From Candidatus Adamsella avium (GTDB lineage Bacteria; Cyanobacteriota; Vampirovibrionia; Gastranaerophilales; CAJFVJ01), in NCBI GenBank assembly GCA_904420445.1, contig CAJFVJ010000001.1, positions 641,266 to 705,265 of the forward strand: 64,000 nt of DNA, read 5' to 3'. Positions 62,692 through 64,000 of the stretch are shown here, piece after piece. The position numbers and the translations under genes are program-made. The notes under the pieces are model-generated. The model was not told where the DNA came from, searched no databases, and was given only the letters and a program-made list of their open reading frames with translations. Numbering within the stretch: the stretch's first letter is position 1; the number at the start of each line of letters is the position of its first letter.

Positions 62692-64000
62692 TTAGTTGTT
62701 AAGGTTTTTGCCTGTTTTTACTTTTTCTATCTTATCAAGTTTGTCAACAAACGGCTTTATTGTTTCAGCCGACCTGTTTTCAGCTAAAGCACTGTCAAGC
62801 TCAAATTTTCTTAGAGCGTGTTTCAATACCGGATTGATATCTTCAAGACGTGTTGATATAGGCGTCAAAATTTTAGATGTCACATGAGCAAAGGTGTTAT
62901 CCTTTTTTTTGACCTTTTTGACTATCTTATCAACATTATCAATATCAAATTCTATTCCAGACCCATCTTGCGGCGTCTTTCCGCTTCTTTTTTCATTTTC
63001 TCGAGGTCTGCCAGAGCTTGTTCTCTCGTTACTTTTCGAGGAAGCTTGCATCCGTGGTCTATATCCCACTGACCTGTCCGTATATCTTCCTTGATTACCG
63101 AGAGTATATCCTTCTTCTTCAATTCTTCCTTGATTTCCGAGAGTATAGCCTTCTCGTTCCACTCTTCTTGCATAAAATTCCCCCGCTTGTCTTGCTTCAA
63201 CCTCAAAAGGTGTATTGTGATAATCATCATACAATTTTTTGTATGTTTTTAGTATTTCTCTTTGCATAGGTGTCAAAGAGTTGTTGTATTCTTGAGCTTC
63301 TGTTTGATTAAATTCATTAAGTCTATCGAAAACATCATTCAAAAATTTCTTATGTTTATTATAATATTCCAATCTGATTTTGTTAACTTTTTTTAGTTCT
63401 TTATAATTATCAACAAAGCGTTTCTCCTCTGGAGTGAGTTTCCCCTTCGAAGACAGTTCTTTATATTTCTTCATTTGTTTTGCATGTTGTACCTCATGCA
63501 TAAAAGAAACAACAAAACCTCTCGGATCATTTCTTAAAACATCCATATTGAGCCATATCATCTTTGATTTGGATAAATGAGAGGCTCTTCTTCTCGGATT
63601 TTTGACATTATCGGGCATAGGACTGATTGTGTAGTCGGAAATATCAGACAGAGCCTCCTCAATCGGTTTCAAGAACTTGTTTTTTTCTATTAATTCTCCG
63701 ACGGTTATCCCTTGTTTGCGGCTGTTGACAATATCCATCTTGTACTTAATATTGTTTATAAAACGACCGAGGTCAAAATCTTCACCGCTGTCAGGCGTTT
63801 CTATATCAACTCTTTCATCTGATAATCTTTCTACAGTGCCATCATCCCACCTGACTTCGTATTTAAATCTTTTTTTGCCGGAATAGTCTTTCCCTGTGGA
63901 AACAGACCCTATAATAGTTCCTTTTTTGTTCCCGTTTTTTAAAGAAACTCTATTTCCATATCCTTCTTGAGTTTTTCTGCTGTCAGGGGAAATTTTATCA
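62692..64000 (-). CDS. Large hypothetical protein with HExxH zincin-like motif (5' end outside window)
   Basis: The frame stays open upstream of the ATG at 63738 all the way to nt 63999. It contains FMHEVQHAKQ and a distal FEVEARQAGEFY, and the tandem repeat EGYTLGNQGR appears twice. Confidence 0.6.
   Translation of the reverse strand, partial: DKISPDSRKTQEGYGNRVSLKNGNKKGTIIGSVSTGKDYSGKKRFKYEVRWDDGTVERLSDERVDIETPDSGEDFDLGRFINNIKYKMDIVNSRKQGITVGELIEKNKFLKPIEEALSDISDYTISPMPDNVKNPRRRASHLSKSKMIWLNMDVLRNDPRGFVVSFMHEVQHAKQMKKYKELSSKGKLTPEEKRFVDNYKELKKVNKIRLEYYNKHKKFLNDVFDRLNEFNQTEAQEYNNSLTPMQREILKTYKKLYDDYHNTPFEVEARQAGEFYARRVEREGYTLGNQGRIEEEGYTLGNQGRYTDRSVGYRPRMQASSKSNERTSSGRPRENEKRSGKTPQDGSGIEFDIDNVDKIVKKVKKKDNTFAHVTSKILTPISTRLEDINPVLKHALRKFELDSALAENRSAETIKPFVDKLDKIEKVKTGKNLNN

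Overview
This is an AT-rich bacterial chromosomal segment with about 60 genes, mostly housekeeping. The left edge carries rpoA(partial)-rplQ-truA-rplM-rpsI, followed on the minus strand by a tightly packed dgt-dnaG-rpoD operon. Other core genes are bamA-skp-tsaC-rpiB, cutA, mtnA, mlaE, class II ribonucleotide reductase nrdJ, comM/yifB, a phosphomannomutase/phosphoglucomutase, sppA, a SulP permease, a gshB-like ATP-grasp gene and an alkD-like gene. There are also two pairs of sugar-ABC permeases, a GH38 mannosidase, a TolC-like protein and one tRNA-Gly(GCC). The rpoA-rplQ-truA-rplM-rpsI order, the short BamA and the PDZ/radical-SAM/DUF512 gene suggest a non-photosynthetic relative of cyanobacteria (Melainabacteria/Vampirovibrionia-like). 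That placement is inference only.

Five things stood out:
1. A divergent chemosensory module at 7.8-14.9 kb has a REC-GGDEF output, a double-CheW protein, a sensor-less MCP, a CheA-REC hybrid and a translationally coupled HD protein. No CheR or CheB gene lies in the window.
2. A 1019-aa SF1 helicase with a nuclease-like C-terminus sits next to an orphan pilT and an unknown Zn-ribbon protein.
3. A dispersed intergenic repeat family (GTCATYCTGAG..GAAGAATC plus a GGAAyTTATATAGCAArTTyC palindrome) appears as an inverted pair at 38.4 kb, a dense cluster at 55.1-55.5 kb and a single copy at 62.5 kb.
4. An accessory-looking stretch at 53-64 kb surrounds tRNA-Gly. It holds two paralogous ankyrin-like proteins with a roughly 40-aa repeat period, one of which contains 96%-identical 123-bp DNA repeats. 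Several other orphan proteins there share a similar Ile/Asn-rich N-terminus with an [NS]-F-x-G element, and a 5'-truncated HExxH protein runs off the right edge.
5. A few candidate small genes or small RNAs are missing from the ORF track.

I found no CRISPR array, rRNA, transposase or integrase. All domain calls come from reading motifs by eye, and none has been checked by a database search.
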